From Minisyncoccia bacterium (GTDB lineage: Bacteria > Patescibacteriota > Minisyncoccia > Phycocordibacterales > UBA9973): 64,000 nucleotides of DNA. Made by a program: the position numbers and the translations under genes. The notes beneath the pieces are model-generated. The model had not been told where the DNA came from. It made no database searches and worked only from the letters and a program-made list of their open reading frames with translations. Shown here one piece after another: positions 28,037 through 37,205 of this stretch; positions within the stretch are counted from its first letter, which is position 1, and every line of letters starts with the position of its first letter. Where the stretch lies: the NCBI GenBank assembly GCA_038249055.1, contig JBBRWS010000006.1, positions 927-64,926 of the forward strand, written 5' to 3'.

Positions 28037-30235
28037 TTATTCCAATACTTTACGAAGAATATCTTCTGGAACTTCTCTTTTAGCTTTTGGCTTTTGCCAA
28101 GAATTATTTTGATCTTCTTGTTTATTTATTAATTGTTCTTCTTTTTTGGGTTCTTCATTTTTTTCTATCTTTAATGATTCAGTTTCTACTTCTTTTTCTT
28201 TTATTATTGGTTTATTTTCTATCACTACATCCTGCTCTTTATTTGCCAATATATCCTCTTTTTTAGAAACACTTACTTCTTTTATTTTTTCAGTATTTAA
28301 AGTTGATTCTGTTTTATTAGCCATAGAAATCCTTGCTAATACGTCTTTTAATGAAGCCTTATTCTCTTCAGATGCTTCTTTAGTAGGTAAAATATTTATA
28401 TTTTTTACATTTGGATTATCATTTCTTTTTAATTCAGAAAGAGACATCGGAGCTTGCTTAGGAACAATATTTTCCTCTATTTTAAATCCTTCTTTAGAAG
28501 ACGGTTCCTTGCCACCTATTGCAATTTTTTCTAATAAACCTCTTAAAAGTGGAGATGGGCCAGTGTGTTTCTTTTTTTCTGCAAACTGTGTGCCATTTAT
28601 ATTACTTGGTTTTTGTGCTAAAGGTTGGACCAATGATTTACCTGAATAATTTTTAAAATTATTTTTCTGAGTAGGTCCCAATTTTACATCTAAAGGTTTA
28701 AATTCTATTCCTAGTGCTGCAAGAGGAGCAGTGGAAACTTTCTCTTCTTGATTTGCAGAACGTGACGCTACGAAACCACTTTCAGGCTTGAGCTCCCCAC
28801 TTTTAATTTTAAACATGCATTCCTTACAATATACAGGTCTACCTTCTTTGGGTTCAAAAGGAACCATGGTAGATTTTTTACAATTGGAACAATCCGCTTT
28901 GTATTTTGCATCACCTTCTCCCACCTGAAGCATACCACTCCATTTTGAAATTTCATTTTCAACTTCTTCTCGTGGACGAGTAAATAATCTACGTGATGAT
29001 TCTATAATTTTTTCCTTAACTCCCTTGGATACATCAATTTTTATTGGAGGAAGAGTTGTAGCAGAAAATGGGCGACTAGTAATACCATCAATCATTAATT
29101 TGAGGTAAATATTATAGTTAGGAAGATTTACTAAATCTTGAGCCATGAATTCAGGTTCAAATTCTTTTTCTAAAAAATCAGCATCGTCTGCTCCAACGCG
29201 GAATATTATCATAGTTCCAACGTTACCAAAAACAGCATCACGAACTTTTGAGCCATCTTTATTTTCAAGCTGAGCTGTATATTGGTGAGCAACTGTAAGA
29301 TTGAGTCTATATTTACGAGCTTCAGAAAGAATATTTGCGAATGAATCTGTTGCAAAATTTTGGAATTCGTCGACATAAAGATAAAAATCTTTTCTATCTT
29401 CTTCTGGAATACGTACGCGTTCCATAGCAGCAAGTTGTATCTTTGTAATAATCATACCTCCCAATAAGGCAGAGTTATCTTCTCCGATACGTCCTTTTGA
29501 CACATTCACAAGGAAAATTTTTCCTTCATTCATTATTTTGAAAATATCAATAGTTGATTTTGGCTGGCCTAAAACATTTCGAATAATAGAAGTTGAAAGA
29601 AATTGCCCAACTTTGTTTTGAATCGGCGCTATAGCTTCATTACGAAATTGGTCACGCCATTGTTCATATTCATGGACCCAAAAAGCCTTAACTACTGGGT
29701 CCTTCAAATTAGCAATTATCATTTGACGATAATCTTTATCAACTAAAAGTCTTGGAATACCCAAAAGAGTAGTTCCTGGAGTATCTAGAAGCGCTAGAAT
29801 TGCATTGTTTAAAATGTATTCCATACGAGAACTCCAAGCATTTGCCCAAATCTTTGTAAAAATACCCATGAGTCCTGATGCAACTAAGTGTTTATATTTT
29901 GGGTCATCAATTTGTAAAACATTAAATCCAATATGAAAATCTGTATCTGCGGGATTAAAATAAATAACGTCCTTTACTCTATTGTCTGGAATAAGATGCA
30001 AAATTTCTTCTACTAGTTCTCCATGTGGGTCTACGACACAAACACCTTCTCCGTTCTGTATATTTTGAACGATTAGATTAGAAAGTAATACAGATTTACC
30101 TGTACCTGACTTTCCTAAAACATACATATGTTGACGACGGTCTTTGCGTCTAATACCAAAAATTTCATTACTACTACGAAAATTCGTCTTAGCAAAATAA
30201 GTGATGTCTCTATTGTGTGGCATTTCATTGTCCAT
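28037..30235 (-). CDS. TraD/TraG/VirD4-like (T4CP-like, FtsK/HerA superfamily) P-loop ATPase with C-terminal zinc ribbon and K/E-rich tail
   Basis: Walker A GKSGTGKS, Walker B FYLYVDEF, conserved DPHGE. Zn ribbon CSNCKK...CKEC. It is a paralogue of 33059..34426. Confidence 0.6.
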   Translation of the reverse strand: MDNEMPHNRDITYFAKTNFRSSNEIFGIRRKDRRQHMYVLGKSGTGKSVLLSNLIVQNIQNGEGVCVVDPHGELVEEILHLIPDNRVKDVIYFNPADTDFHIGFNVLQIDDPKYKHLVASGLMGIFTKIWANAWSSRMEYILNNAILALLDTPGTTLLGIPRLLVDKDYRQMIIANLKDPVVKAFWVHEYEQWRDQFRNEAIAPIQNKVGQFLSTSIIRNVLGQPKSTIDIFKIMNEGKIFLVNVSKGRIGEDNSALLGGMIITKIQLAAMERVRIPEEDRKDFYLYVDEFQNFATDSFANILSEARKYRLNLTVAHQYTAQLENKDGSKVRDAVFGNVGTMIIFRVGADDADFLEKEFEPEFMAQDLVNLPNYNIYLKLMIDGITSRPFSATTLPPIKIDVSKGVKEKIIESSRRLFTRPREEVENEISKWSGMLQVGEGDAKYKADCSNCKKSTMVPFEPKEGRPVYCKECMFKIKSGELKPESGFVASRSANQEEKVSTAPLAALGIEFKPLDVKLGPTQKNNFKNYSGKSLVQPLAQKPSNINGTQFAEKKKHTGPSPLLRGLLEKIAIGGKEPSSKEGFKIEENIVPKQAPMSLSELKRNDNPNVKNINILPTKEASEENKASLKDVLARISMANKTESTLNTEKIKEVSVSKKEDILANKEQDVVIENKPIIKEKEVETESLKIEKNEEPKKEEQLINKQEDQNNSWQKPKAKREVPEDILRKVLE

Positions 30236-30247
30236 ATATTATTTTTA

Positions 30248-30460
30248 TTATAACAACAAACGAGGAGCGCATGCAAATAAATACCAATTTATTTGCATTG
30301 CGTCCGAGAGCAGTTGTTCTATAGTACTCTATATAACAACAAGAAAGGAGCATAAGCAAATTAATTAATATTTATTTGCTTAATGTCCGAATGCCGTTGT
30401 TATATCGTAATCGATATAACAACAAGAAAGGAGACAAGCAAATATTGAATTCTTAAATTT
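30248..30460. repeat. Tandem palindromic repeat array (about 2.5 units of about 82 bp) upstream of the T4CP-like gene
   Basis: Units begin with ataacaacaa(g/a)a(a/c)(g)gag at 30253, 30336 and 30416. Each has an internal hairpin gcaaataaat..atttatttgc. A perfect 12-bp inverted repeat gttgttatatcg-taa-cgatataacaac sits at a unit junction. Confidence 0.75.
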
Positions 30461-30561
30461 AATAATTGACAGACTTATGCATTATGATAGTATTAAAACA
30501 AATATAAAGTTCATCATAAGAGTTTTAAATAGTTCTAGTATTTACTTTAAATCAATACCGT

Positions 30562-31089
30562 ATGAAAAAATGGTTTTTCTTAATGGTGTGTTTAATTATT
30601 TCTTTCACTTTTGTAAAAGAAATAGCAAATTCCTCAAATTCACCACCGCAAAACAAAATGTTAGCAATGGATGAATCTCTTCTGGTAATTATGCCTGGTA
30701 TTGAAAGTGGAGTCCAAAAACTACAGATCCCAATTGCAATCTCGGAGGTATTGTATATCAAAAAGAATTTTTCGTTTTGTGCTGTGTTACAAACCGTAAG
30801 TATGTGCCCCATGGTAAGTAACAATTTAATGAAAAATTACCCAACGAAAAATTTACCTCAGTTAGCTAAGAACCAAATTGAAATGGTATCTGCAAATCCA
30901 ACCATGGAGGGGTTGGTTATCAAAAAAGATTTTACTAATTTTTCTGGAGTTAATTATCTTATTGATGCAAGCAAACGTTGTACAATTTATGCAACATCAC
31001 AATCATTCCAGCTATCAACCGTGGAGGGGTTATGTATCAACGAAAAAGTTAATTCTTTTCCAGTAAATTTTACCGGCTTCATTGCATAG
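30562..31089 (+). CDS. Secreted hypothetical protein (signal peptide)
   Basis: N-terminal MKKWFFLMVCLIISFTFV signal peptide. 175 aa with an internal repeat. Confidence 0.35.
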   Translation: MKKWFFLMVCLIISFTFVKEIANSSNSPPQNKMLAMDESLLVIMPGIESGVQKLQIPIAISEVLYIKKNFSFCAVLQTVSMCPMVSNNLMKNYPTKNLPQLAKNQIEMVSANPTMEGLVIKKDFTNFSGVNYLIDASKRCTIYATSQSFQLSTVEGLCINEKVNSFPVNFTGFIA

Positions 31090-31156
31090 TAAAGATTAAA
31101 GTAAACGTGATTTTATATTTTTAGCCTTGGACAATTGTTCAGGGCTAAATTTTTAT

Positions 31157-31570
31157 CTATTTATTTAAAATTGAGGAGTGAAAAATTTCAGGCTTATATG
31201 GATTACCAAAAATAACTTCCATATCAGGGAAATTTCCATTTTTTATTGTTTGGGTTAAATTTTCATATAGGGGTTTTTGGTCATAACCTAAGAATACAAC
31301 ATCAGGCTTAACCTCTTTTAAAATGTTATATGTACCAATCTTCGGATCACCCAAAAGGACAAGATCTATCCCCTCCACTTCTAAAAGTGTTTTTATCCTT
31401 TCAACTTCATTATGCTGAGGTAGTTTACCTTTTAATTCTTTTACTATTTCATCTCGTGCAACGATAGCTACAAGATGATTCCCTTCTTTTTTCGCCTCAT
31501 CAATAAAGGCCAAATGACCTTCATGTATTCCATCAAAAACACCAAAAATTACTACGGTTTTATTAATCAT
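31157..31570 (-). CDS. Cytidylyltransferase-like nucleotidyltransferase (HxGH motif)
   Basis: VVIFGVFDGIHEGH at the N-terminus, the (T/H)xGH nucleotidyltransferase signature. 137 aa. Confidence 0.6.
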   Translation of the reverse strand: MINKTVVIFGVFDGIHEGHLAFIDEAKKEGNHLVAIVARDEIVKELKGKLPQHNEVERIKTLLEVEGIDLVLLGDPKIGTYNILKEVKPDVVFLGYDQKPLYENLTQTIKNGNFPDMEVIFGNPYKPEIFHSSILNK

Positions 31571-31573
31571 ATT

Positions 31574-31879
31574 TTATTCAATAACCTCCATCATCCATTC
31601 TTTATATGGATGATTTATTCGACGGACATCGACTCCTGCAATAAGGGGAACACTATAGGTATGATTTTCTGAAATAATTTGGTTCAATTCTTCAATTTTT
31701 GATTCAAAAGTAGTGATGAGTAACATTGCTTGATCTACACATTGGAAAGAGCCTTCCCAATTGTAGCAAGATGATATTGGCCAGAAATCCACACGAGCAG
31801 CAATTTTACTAATAACTACTAAGCTACCGAGCTCTTTAGCTTCCTCGATGGTTTTGCATGTTGTGTATATAAATACCAT
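31574..31879 (-). CDS. cutA: Divalent-cation tolerance protein CutA
   Basis: 101 aa. The pattern IYTTCKTIEEAKELGSLVVISKIAARVDFWPISSCYNWEGSF...HPYKEWMMEVIE matches CutA1. Confidence 0.65.
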   Translation of the reverse strand: MVFIYTTCKTIEEAKELGSLVVISKIAARVDFWPISSCYNWEGSFQCVDQAMLLITTFESKIEELNQIISENHTYSVPLIAGVDVRRINHPYKEWMMEVIE

Positions 31880-31977
31880 AAAATATATAAATAATTAAAC
31901 AGAATATTAATATAATCTGGGTAAAATTATCTACAATTTTAATTGTAGCATCACAAAAAGATTTGTAAACAAAAAAA

Positions 31978-32010
31978 TAAAGGTAATCGCAATGCAATTA
32001 CCTTTATTAT
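31978..32010. terminator. Rho-independent terminator (bidirectional)
   Basis: aaaaataaaggtaatcgcaatgcaattacctttatt. Confidence 0.7.
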
Positions 32011-32014
32011 AATT

Positions 32015-32875
32015 CTAATCAAAAAACTTTTTTAAATGATGACTCCTATATGGACTCCGCATTAACTTAATCGTTTTCTCTTTGATTTGTCTGACACGTT
32101 CAGGAACTAAATTTAATTTTTCTGAAATTTCACCGATAGTCATCTTGCGACAGTTTATACCATAAAACATTCTGATAACATCAGCTTCTCTTGCTGGAAG
32201 AGTATTTAATACTCTTTCTATTTCAAAAGAAAGTGATTCAAGCATTAAAGTTTTATCTGGACTAGGTGATTCACCATCTACAAGAATATCTAGAAAGCCA
32301 TAATCCTCTTCACCATTAAAAGAAGAGTCAAATGATATCTGCCGACTTTGAGCGCGAAGACTTTCTGATATTTCAACGGGCGTTAAATCAAAGAAATCCG
32401 CAATTTCATCAACCGAGGGATTGCGTTCGTTGTCTTGTTCAAATTTAGAAGAAAATTTATTGATTTTATTCAACAAACTTTTCCGATTTAAAGGTAAACG
32501 AATAACTCTAGATTGATCGTTTATTGCAGAAAGTATTGATTGACGAATCCACCAAACTGCATAAGAGATAAACCTAAAACCTCTGGTCTCATCAAACCTC
32601 TCTGCTGCTTTAATCAATCCCAAGTTCCCTTCATTAATAAGGTCAGACAAACTTAACCCTTGGTCCTTGTACTGTTTTGCAACAGAAATAACGAAGCGTA
32701 GGTTTGCCCTTACCAGTTTATCTACTGCATCACGATCGCCTTTTTTAATTCGTTGAGCTAACTCAACTTCTTCCTCAACAGTAACTAGCCCCTCCTTTGA
32801 AACTTCTTGAAGATATTTTTCCAAAGAAATACTTTCCCTGTTTGTAAAAGATTGAATAATTCTTAATTGTCTCAT
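32015..32875 (-). CDS. RNA polymerase sigma-70 family factor (RpoD-like, regions 1.2-4)
   Basis: Region 2 is ANLRFVISVAKQYKDQGLSLSDLINEGNLGLIKAAERFDETRGFRFISYAVWWIRQ. Region 4 HTH is KMTIGEISEKLNLVPERVRQIKEKT. Confidence 0.85.
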   Translation of the reverse strand: MRQLRIIQSFTNRESISLEKYLQEVSKEGLVTVEEEVELAQRIKKGDRDAVDKLVRANLRFVISVAKQYKDQGLSLSDLINEGNLGLIKAAERFDETRGFRFISYAVWWIRQSILSAINDQSRVIRLPLNRKSLLNKINKFSSKFEQDNERNPSVDEIADFFDLTPVEISESLRAQSRQISFDSSFNGEEDYGFLDILVDGESPSPDKTLMLESLSFEIERVLNTLPAREADVIRMFYGINCRKMTIGEISEKLNLVPERVRQIKEKTIKLMRSPYRSHHLKKFFD

Positions 32876-33058
32876 ATTAACCCGCCCCCTGCGCAGGATT
32901 TTAAATAAAATTATTTAAAATTATTATAACACAATTTAAGTAGAATACAAGACAAATATAATTTTGTTTTAAAAAATATTACTTATTTTTTTAACTTTAT
33001 TAAATAAACAGCCTAATTTTATTATCTGTTATTAATAATTAAATTTTACAATAGTAGA

Positions 33059-34426
33059 TTATTCTTCTGCAATTAATCTATGGGCCTCGTTTGCTGAAAT
33101 AGCATATTTTGCGCGTGAAGCTTCTATCACTTCTTTACGATAAGATTGATGGGTGGGAGGGAGAACTCTTAGTGTCTCTGCAGAAAATGGATCATAACTC
33201 TCTCCATCTATTGTCATTTTAATATAAAATTCTCCTACTCCAAGATTTATCATATCTTTAACATCAAAAACTGGAGCAAATTCTGGTTTAAGTTTTGTGG
33301 CATCATCACCTCCAACTCGGAATGAAACAATAGTACCTATATTGCCGAGTACGGCCTGTTGCACCTTTGGTAAAAGCTGACTAATATATTGATGAGCTAC
33401 TATTAGATTTATCCCATACTTACGAGCTTCAGATAAAATATTTTCAAATGTATCTGTAATAATATTATGGAATTCGTCTATATATAAATAAAAATCATGT
33501 CGATCCTGTGGTCCAAGTTTTGCTCTTTCCATCCCCGCTTGTTTTATTTTAGTCAAAAAAATAGCTCCAAAAAAAGAAGAATTTTCTTCACCAATTTTTC
33601 CCTTTGAAAGATTAATTAAAATAATTTTCTGATTATTCATTAATTGTTCCAAATCTATTTTATTTTCTTTTTGTCCAAAAATATTACGAAGCATTGGGTC
33701 TGATAAAAATTGTCCCAATTTATTTACAAGAGGAATAATAGTATCTGTATCAAATTTTTCAGACCAGTCAGCGAATTCAATGGCCCAGAATCTTTTTACC
33801 ATTTCATCTTGTATATACTCAGTGACTTTTTGACGATAATTACGATCAGTAAGCATTAAAATCATCCCTCTCATATTAGCTTCCGGATAATCGAGTAAAG
33901 CTAAAATCGTAAAACGAAAAACATGCTCGAGACGTGGAGACCAATTTGCACCAAATTGCTTACGTAACACTTCTATCAAACCTTGAGTTAGTTGGTGTTT
34001 AAAAGTTGGATCAATATTTGCAAGAGGGTTAAAAGATGCTGGAAATTCTACGTCACCTGGATCAATAATACAAACATCATCTATTCTATCTTTTGGAATA
34101 AAATTTAAAATATCTTCTATTAGTTCACCGTGTGGATCAATTACACAAATACCTTGACCATATGCAATATCTTGGCGAATCATTAATTCTTGAATTTTTG
34201 ATTTACCAACACCAGACTTACCAATAATATACATATGTCTCCTACGATCTATACGCTTTATGCCAAAGACGAATTTTTTTTCTTCCAATGCTGCCACATA
34301 ATTGGTACGTCCAATAAACACAACTTCACTTGGGTCTGACTTTCCTAAAGTTGCCAAATCTGGAGGTGGTGGAGCATATTTAATTATTTGAATTTTATTT
34401 GGTTTACTGAAAGACATTGTATTCAA
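33059..34426 (-). CDS. TraD/TraG/VirD4-like (T4CP-like) P-loop ATPase, paralogue 2
   Basis: Walker A GKSGVGKS, DPHGE, Walker B FYLYIDEF. 455 aa. Collinear with the N-terminal two-thirds of 28037..30235. Confidence 0.6.
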   Translation of the reverse strand: MNTMSFSKPNKIQIIKYAPPPPDLATLGKSDPSEVVFIGRTNYVAALEEKKFVFGIKRIDRRRHMYIIGKSGVGKSKIQELMIRQDIAYGQGICVIDPHGELIEDILNFIPKDRIDDVCIIDPGDVEFPASFNPLANIDPTFKHQLTQGLIEVLRKQFGANWSPRLEHVFRFTILALLDYPEANMRGMILMLTDRNYRQKVTEYIQDEMVKRFWAIEFADWSEKFDTDTIIPLVNKLGQFLSDPMLRNIFGQKENKIDLEQLMNNQKIILINLSKGKIGEENSSFFGAIFLTKIKQAGMERAKLGPQDRHDFYLYIDEFHNIITDTFENILSEARKYGINLIVAHQYISQLLPKVQQAVLGNIGTIVSFRVGGDDATKLKPEFAPVFDVKDMINLGVGEFYIKMTIDGESYDPFSAETLRVLPPTHQSYRKEVIEASRAKYAISANEAHRLIAEE

Positions 34427-34571
34427 ATTGTATCAAATTAAAATAAAATAGTATAATATATCCGTATATGTGCCTTGCATTAGAAAATGATATTGCCTCA
34501 AAACAATATATTTAGATAAATTATCAAAATTAATAAAAATGGTAAAAATATAATCCCATTTTAAATACCGA

Positions 34572-36083
34572 ATGAACGGAAAAATAAAACAAGGGCTAAC
34601 CAAAAATTCTATATCTAATGACTCATCTTTGATTAAGAATTCTAAAATAATTGATACTGAATTCAAAGATAATAATACTCGAAATAATGAAGATGAATTA
34701 TTAAAAAAAGAAGAAATATTACTGGAAGAAGGTGAAGAATTATTAGAAAAAGAAGAAACACTATTAGAGGAAAGTAAAAATATTATAAAAAAAGAAGAAA
34801 CGTTATTAGAGGAAAGTGAAAAATTATTAAAAGAAGGAAAAGATTATATAAAAAAACTTGGTCCAGGGATAATTACCGGAGCTGCCGATGACGACCCATC
34901 TGGAATTGCTACTTACTCACAAACAGGTGCTCAATATGGAACTGGATTATTATGGCTTGCAGCTTGGACATTCCCATTAATGGCAATGATCCAAGAAATG
35001 TGTGCTCGTATATCATTAGTTACAGGACGAGGTCTTGCTGCTAATATTAAACATGCTTATTCAAAAAAAGTTTTATATCTCTGTACAGCATTACTTTTTA
35101 TAGCTAATACCTTAAATATCGGTGCAGATCTTGGAGCAATGGCTAAAGCAGTTCAATTAATATCTCCATCTATGTCTTTCGCGTTCTTAGTTATTTTTAT
35201 AGGAATTGCTGGTTTACTCATGGAAATATTTATTCCATATAAGAAATACGCTAAATATCTAAAATGGTTAGTAATAACATTGTTCTCGTATGTAATAACT
35301 GGATTACTTATTAATATGGATTGGTCTATGTTATTAAAAGATGGAATTATTCCTCATATTACATTTTCTAAAACACAGATTCTTCTCATCACAGGTATAC
35401 TAGGAACAACAATTTCTCCTTATCTTTTCTTTTGGCAAACATCTCAAGAAGTTGAAGAACAAATAGCTGAAGGTAAAACAACCGCTCATTCACGAAGAGG
35501 AACTAATGCTGCTGAAATAAAATCAATGAGAATAGATATATGGTCAGGAATGTTTCTTTCAAATATGGTAATGTTTTTTATTATCGCAGTATGTGCAAAT
35601 ACCCTTTTTGTAAATGGAATTACAGATATAGCAACCGCAAGCGATGCAGCAGCTGCACTTAAACCATTTGCAGGACCATTTGCATCAATACTCTTTACTA
35701 TTGGAATAATTGGAACTGGATTATTGGCTATTCCAGTTTTAGCTGGTTCCACTTCTTATGCAATATCCGAAAGTTTAGGATGGAAAGAAGGTTTATATCG
35801 TAAATTAAATGAGGCTCGAGCTTTTTATGGAGTAATAATTGTATCTATTTTTATCGGTATAATTATAAACTTTCTAGGAATAAACCCAATCAAAGCTCTT
35901 ATATATTCTGCCATTGCAAATGGTATAGTAGCCCCTGTTATAATTGTATGTATAGTTCATATTAGTTCAAGCCATAAAATTATGGGGCATTTTAAAAATT
36001 CTAAATTTGTAAATATAGTTGGATGGGCGTTATCTGCTCTTATGGGGATTACTGCAGTCGCCGCAATATATTCCCTCTTTTAG
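34572..36083 (+). CDS. NRAMP-family divalent metal transporter with N-terminal low-complexity E/K/L repeat
   Basis: The core is GPGIITGAADDDPSGIATYSQTGAQYG (NRAMP TM1 signature) with 11 TMs. The N-terminal roughly 90 aa carry repeated EETLLEES(K/E) motifs. Confidence 0.7.
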   Translation: MNGKIKQGLTKNSISNDSSLIKNSKIIDTEFKDNNTRNNEDELLKKEEILLEEGEELLEKEETLLEESKNIIKKEETLLEESEKLLKEGKDYIKKLGPGIITGAADDDPSGIATYSQTGAQYGTGLLWLAAWTFPLMAMIQEMCARISLVTGRGLAANIKHAYSKKVLYLCTALLFIANTLNIGADLGAMAKAVQLISPSMSFAFLVIFIGIAGLLMEIFIPYKKYAKYLKWLVITLFSYVITGLLINMDWSMLLKDGIIPHITFSKTQILLITGILGTTISPYLFFWQTSQEVEEQIAEGKTTAHSRRGTNAAEIKSMRIDIWSGMFLSNMVMFFIIAVCANTLFVNGITDIATASDAAAALKPFAGPFASILFTIGIIGTGLLAIPVLAGSTSYAISESLGWKEGLYRKLNEARAFYGVIIVSIFIGIIINFLGINPIKALIYSAIANGIVAPVIIVCIVHISSSHKIMGHFKNSKFVNIVGWALSALMGITAVAAIYSLF

Positions 36084-36269
36084 TTAAACAAGTAAAAAAT
36101 ATGAGCATCCATACATTTATAATATTGAATATATGGGCGCTTATATTAACTTGCAAAAAATATAAAATACGGTAAGATAGGAGTATCTTAATTATTAATT
36201 TAATAATTATTGGGTTTAGTTAGATATTTAATTCTTAATTGGTCATTCTTAATTATTAATTATATTATT

Positions 36270-36342
36270 GGGCCTTTAGCTCATCTGGTAGAGCGCCTCA
36301 TTTGCAATGAGGAGGTAAGCGGTCCGAGTCCGCTAAGGTCCA
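36270..36342 (+). tRNA. tRNA-Ala (anticodon TGC) with G3:U70
   Basis: GGGCCTTTAGCTCATCTGGTAGAGCGCCTCATTTGCAATGAGGAGGTAAGCGGTCCGAGTCCGCTAAGGTCCA. Anticodon arm cctca-tTTGCAa-tgagg. Acceptor G3-T70 wobble (the Ala identity element). CC follows and the final A is not encoded. Confidence 0.85.
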
Positions 36343-36349
36343 CCCGTTG

Positions 36350-36382
36350 AAAAAAGAGACATGCGAAAGCATGCCTTTTTTC
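36350..36382 (+). terminator. Rho-independent terminator after tRNA-Ala
   Basis: aaaaaagagacatgcgaaagcatgcctttttt. It is flanked by cgctaaggtccacc / ggtggaccttagcg, a 14-nt inverted copy of the tRNA 3' end. Confidence 0.75.
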
Positions 36383-36520
36383 TTAGGTGGACCTTAGCGA
36401 GCAAACTACTTTGCTCGCGTGCGGCGATTAGTAAATCGAACCGTGAGGAACTCGGAAAGCTTTTCGTTATAAATTTTAATTTAATAATTTAAATTTATCG
36501 AAAAGGTGTACTGAAGCAGT
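36383..36520 (+). other. Conserved tRNA-downstream non-coding module, copy 2
   Basis: ggaccttAGCGAGCAAACTACTTTGCTCGCGTG...TCGAA...GGAAAGCTTTTCGTT...CGAAAAGGTGTACTG. The motif order is the same as at 15811-15942. Confidence 0.6.
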
Positions 36521-36732
36521 AGGCTTCGAGAAATGTAATCATGGTCCGCCTATCGTGATACACAATATTTAGATGCAAAGCATACTATATAAAAAGTTTT
36601 AGTCGCGGGTGAGAAGCGCGAATAAGTACATTCGCCTACTGGGTACTCGCGGTCCGCTACTTGTAGGCTTCGAGAAATGTACTCATGGTCCGCCTTTCGT
36701 GATACACAATATTTAGATGCAAAGCATATCAC
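36521..36732. repeat. Two 65-bp direct repeats
   Basis: aggcttcgagaaatgta(a/c)tcatggtccgcct(a/t)tcgtgatacacaatatttagatgcaaagcata occurs at 36521-36585 and 36666-36730. The track ORF 36550..36732 is a translation artefact of this repeat. A partial copy of the tRNA-Ala T-arm (gcggtccgcta) lies at 36651-36661. Confidence 0.85.
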
Positions 36733-36791
36733 ACAATAAAAACAGCCATCTTAAAAAGACAGCTGTTAATTTAAACTTAGGATAAAAAAAA

Positions 36792-37094
36792 TTATAATTC
36801 TCTTATCCAAAATTCTTTAATTTTTTCACGAACCTTACTTATAGTAAGATTAAGTTTCTTTTCTTTTATAGCGACGCGGGGGTCCCATACCACTTTGTTA
36901 TTTAAAACAATATGATAATGGCTACAATTGCAATGTATTGCAATCGGAGTGATACCATCTTCATCCCATAAAAAATCATTAAGGGCGCATTTCCCTACTC
37001 TGTCTGCATTAAGAATTCTGACCCACTGACGTCTCGTTTTTTTAACGTCAGTATTTACTTTTCTTACCACTGGTAAATCCATTAAATCTAACAT
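36792..37094 (-). CDS. Hypothetical protein (His/Cys cluster HCNCSHYH)
   Basis: 100 aa ORF. No family recognised. Confidence 0.3.
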   Translation of the reverse strand: MLDLMDLPVVRKVNTDVKKTRRQWVRILNADRVGKCALNDFLWDEDGITPIAIHCNCSHYHIVLNNKVVWDPRVAIKEKKLNLTISKVREKIKEFWIREL

Positions 37095-37170
37095 AGTTTT
37101 TCCCTCCTGTTATTTTAAATTAAAAAATTTTATTTATTTTTTTAAAAAGAACAATTAAAAACATAAAGAA

Positions 37171-37205
37171 CTAAAAACCAGCTTTCTTTTGAAAGCTGGT
37201 TTTTA
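37171..37205. terminator. Rho-independent terminator (bidirectional)
   Basis: aaaaaccagctttcttttgaaagctggtttttag. Confidence 0.7.

Noticed and set aside
30248-30460. Possible CRISPR array (regularly spaced repeats)
   Set aside because: The spacers between the direct repeats are similar to one another and form hairpins. Only about 2.5 units are present, with no cas genes and no leader. I treat it as a tandem palindromic repeat in a promoter region.
34433-34666. 77-aa minus-strand ORF upstream of the second T4CP-like gene
   Set aside because: It overlaps the start of the NRAMP gene on the other strand and has AT-rich low-complexity translation. It is probably a promoter region.
36550-36732. 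60-aa ORF on the minus strand in the track
   Set aside because: Its translation contains CFASKYCVSR twice because it reads through the two 65-bp direct repeats. It is an artefact of repeat DNA.
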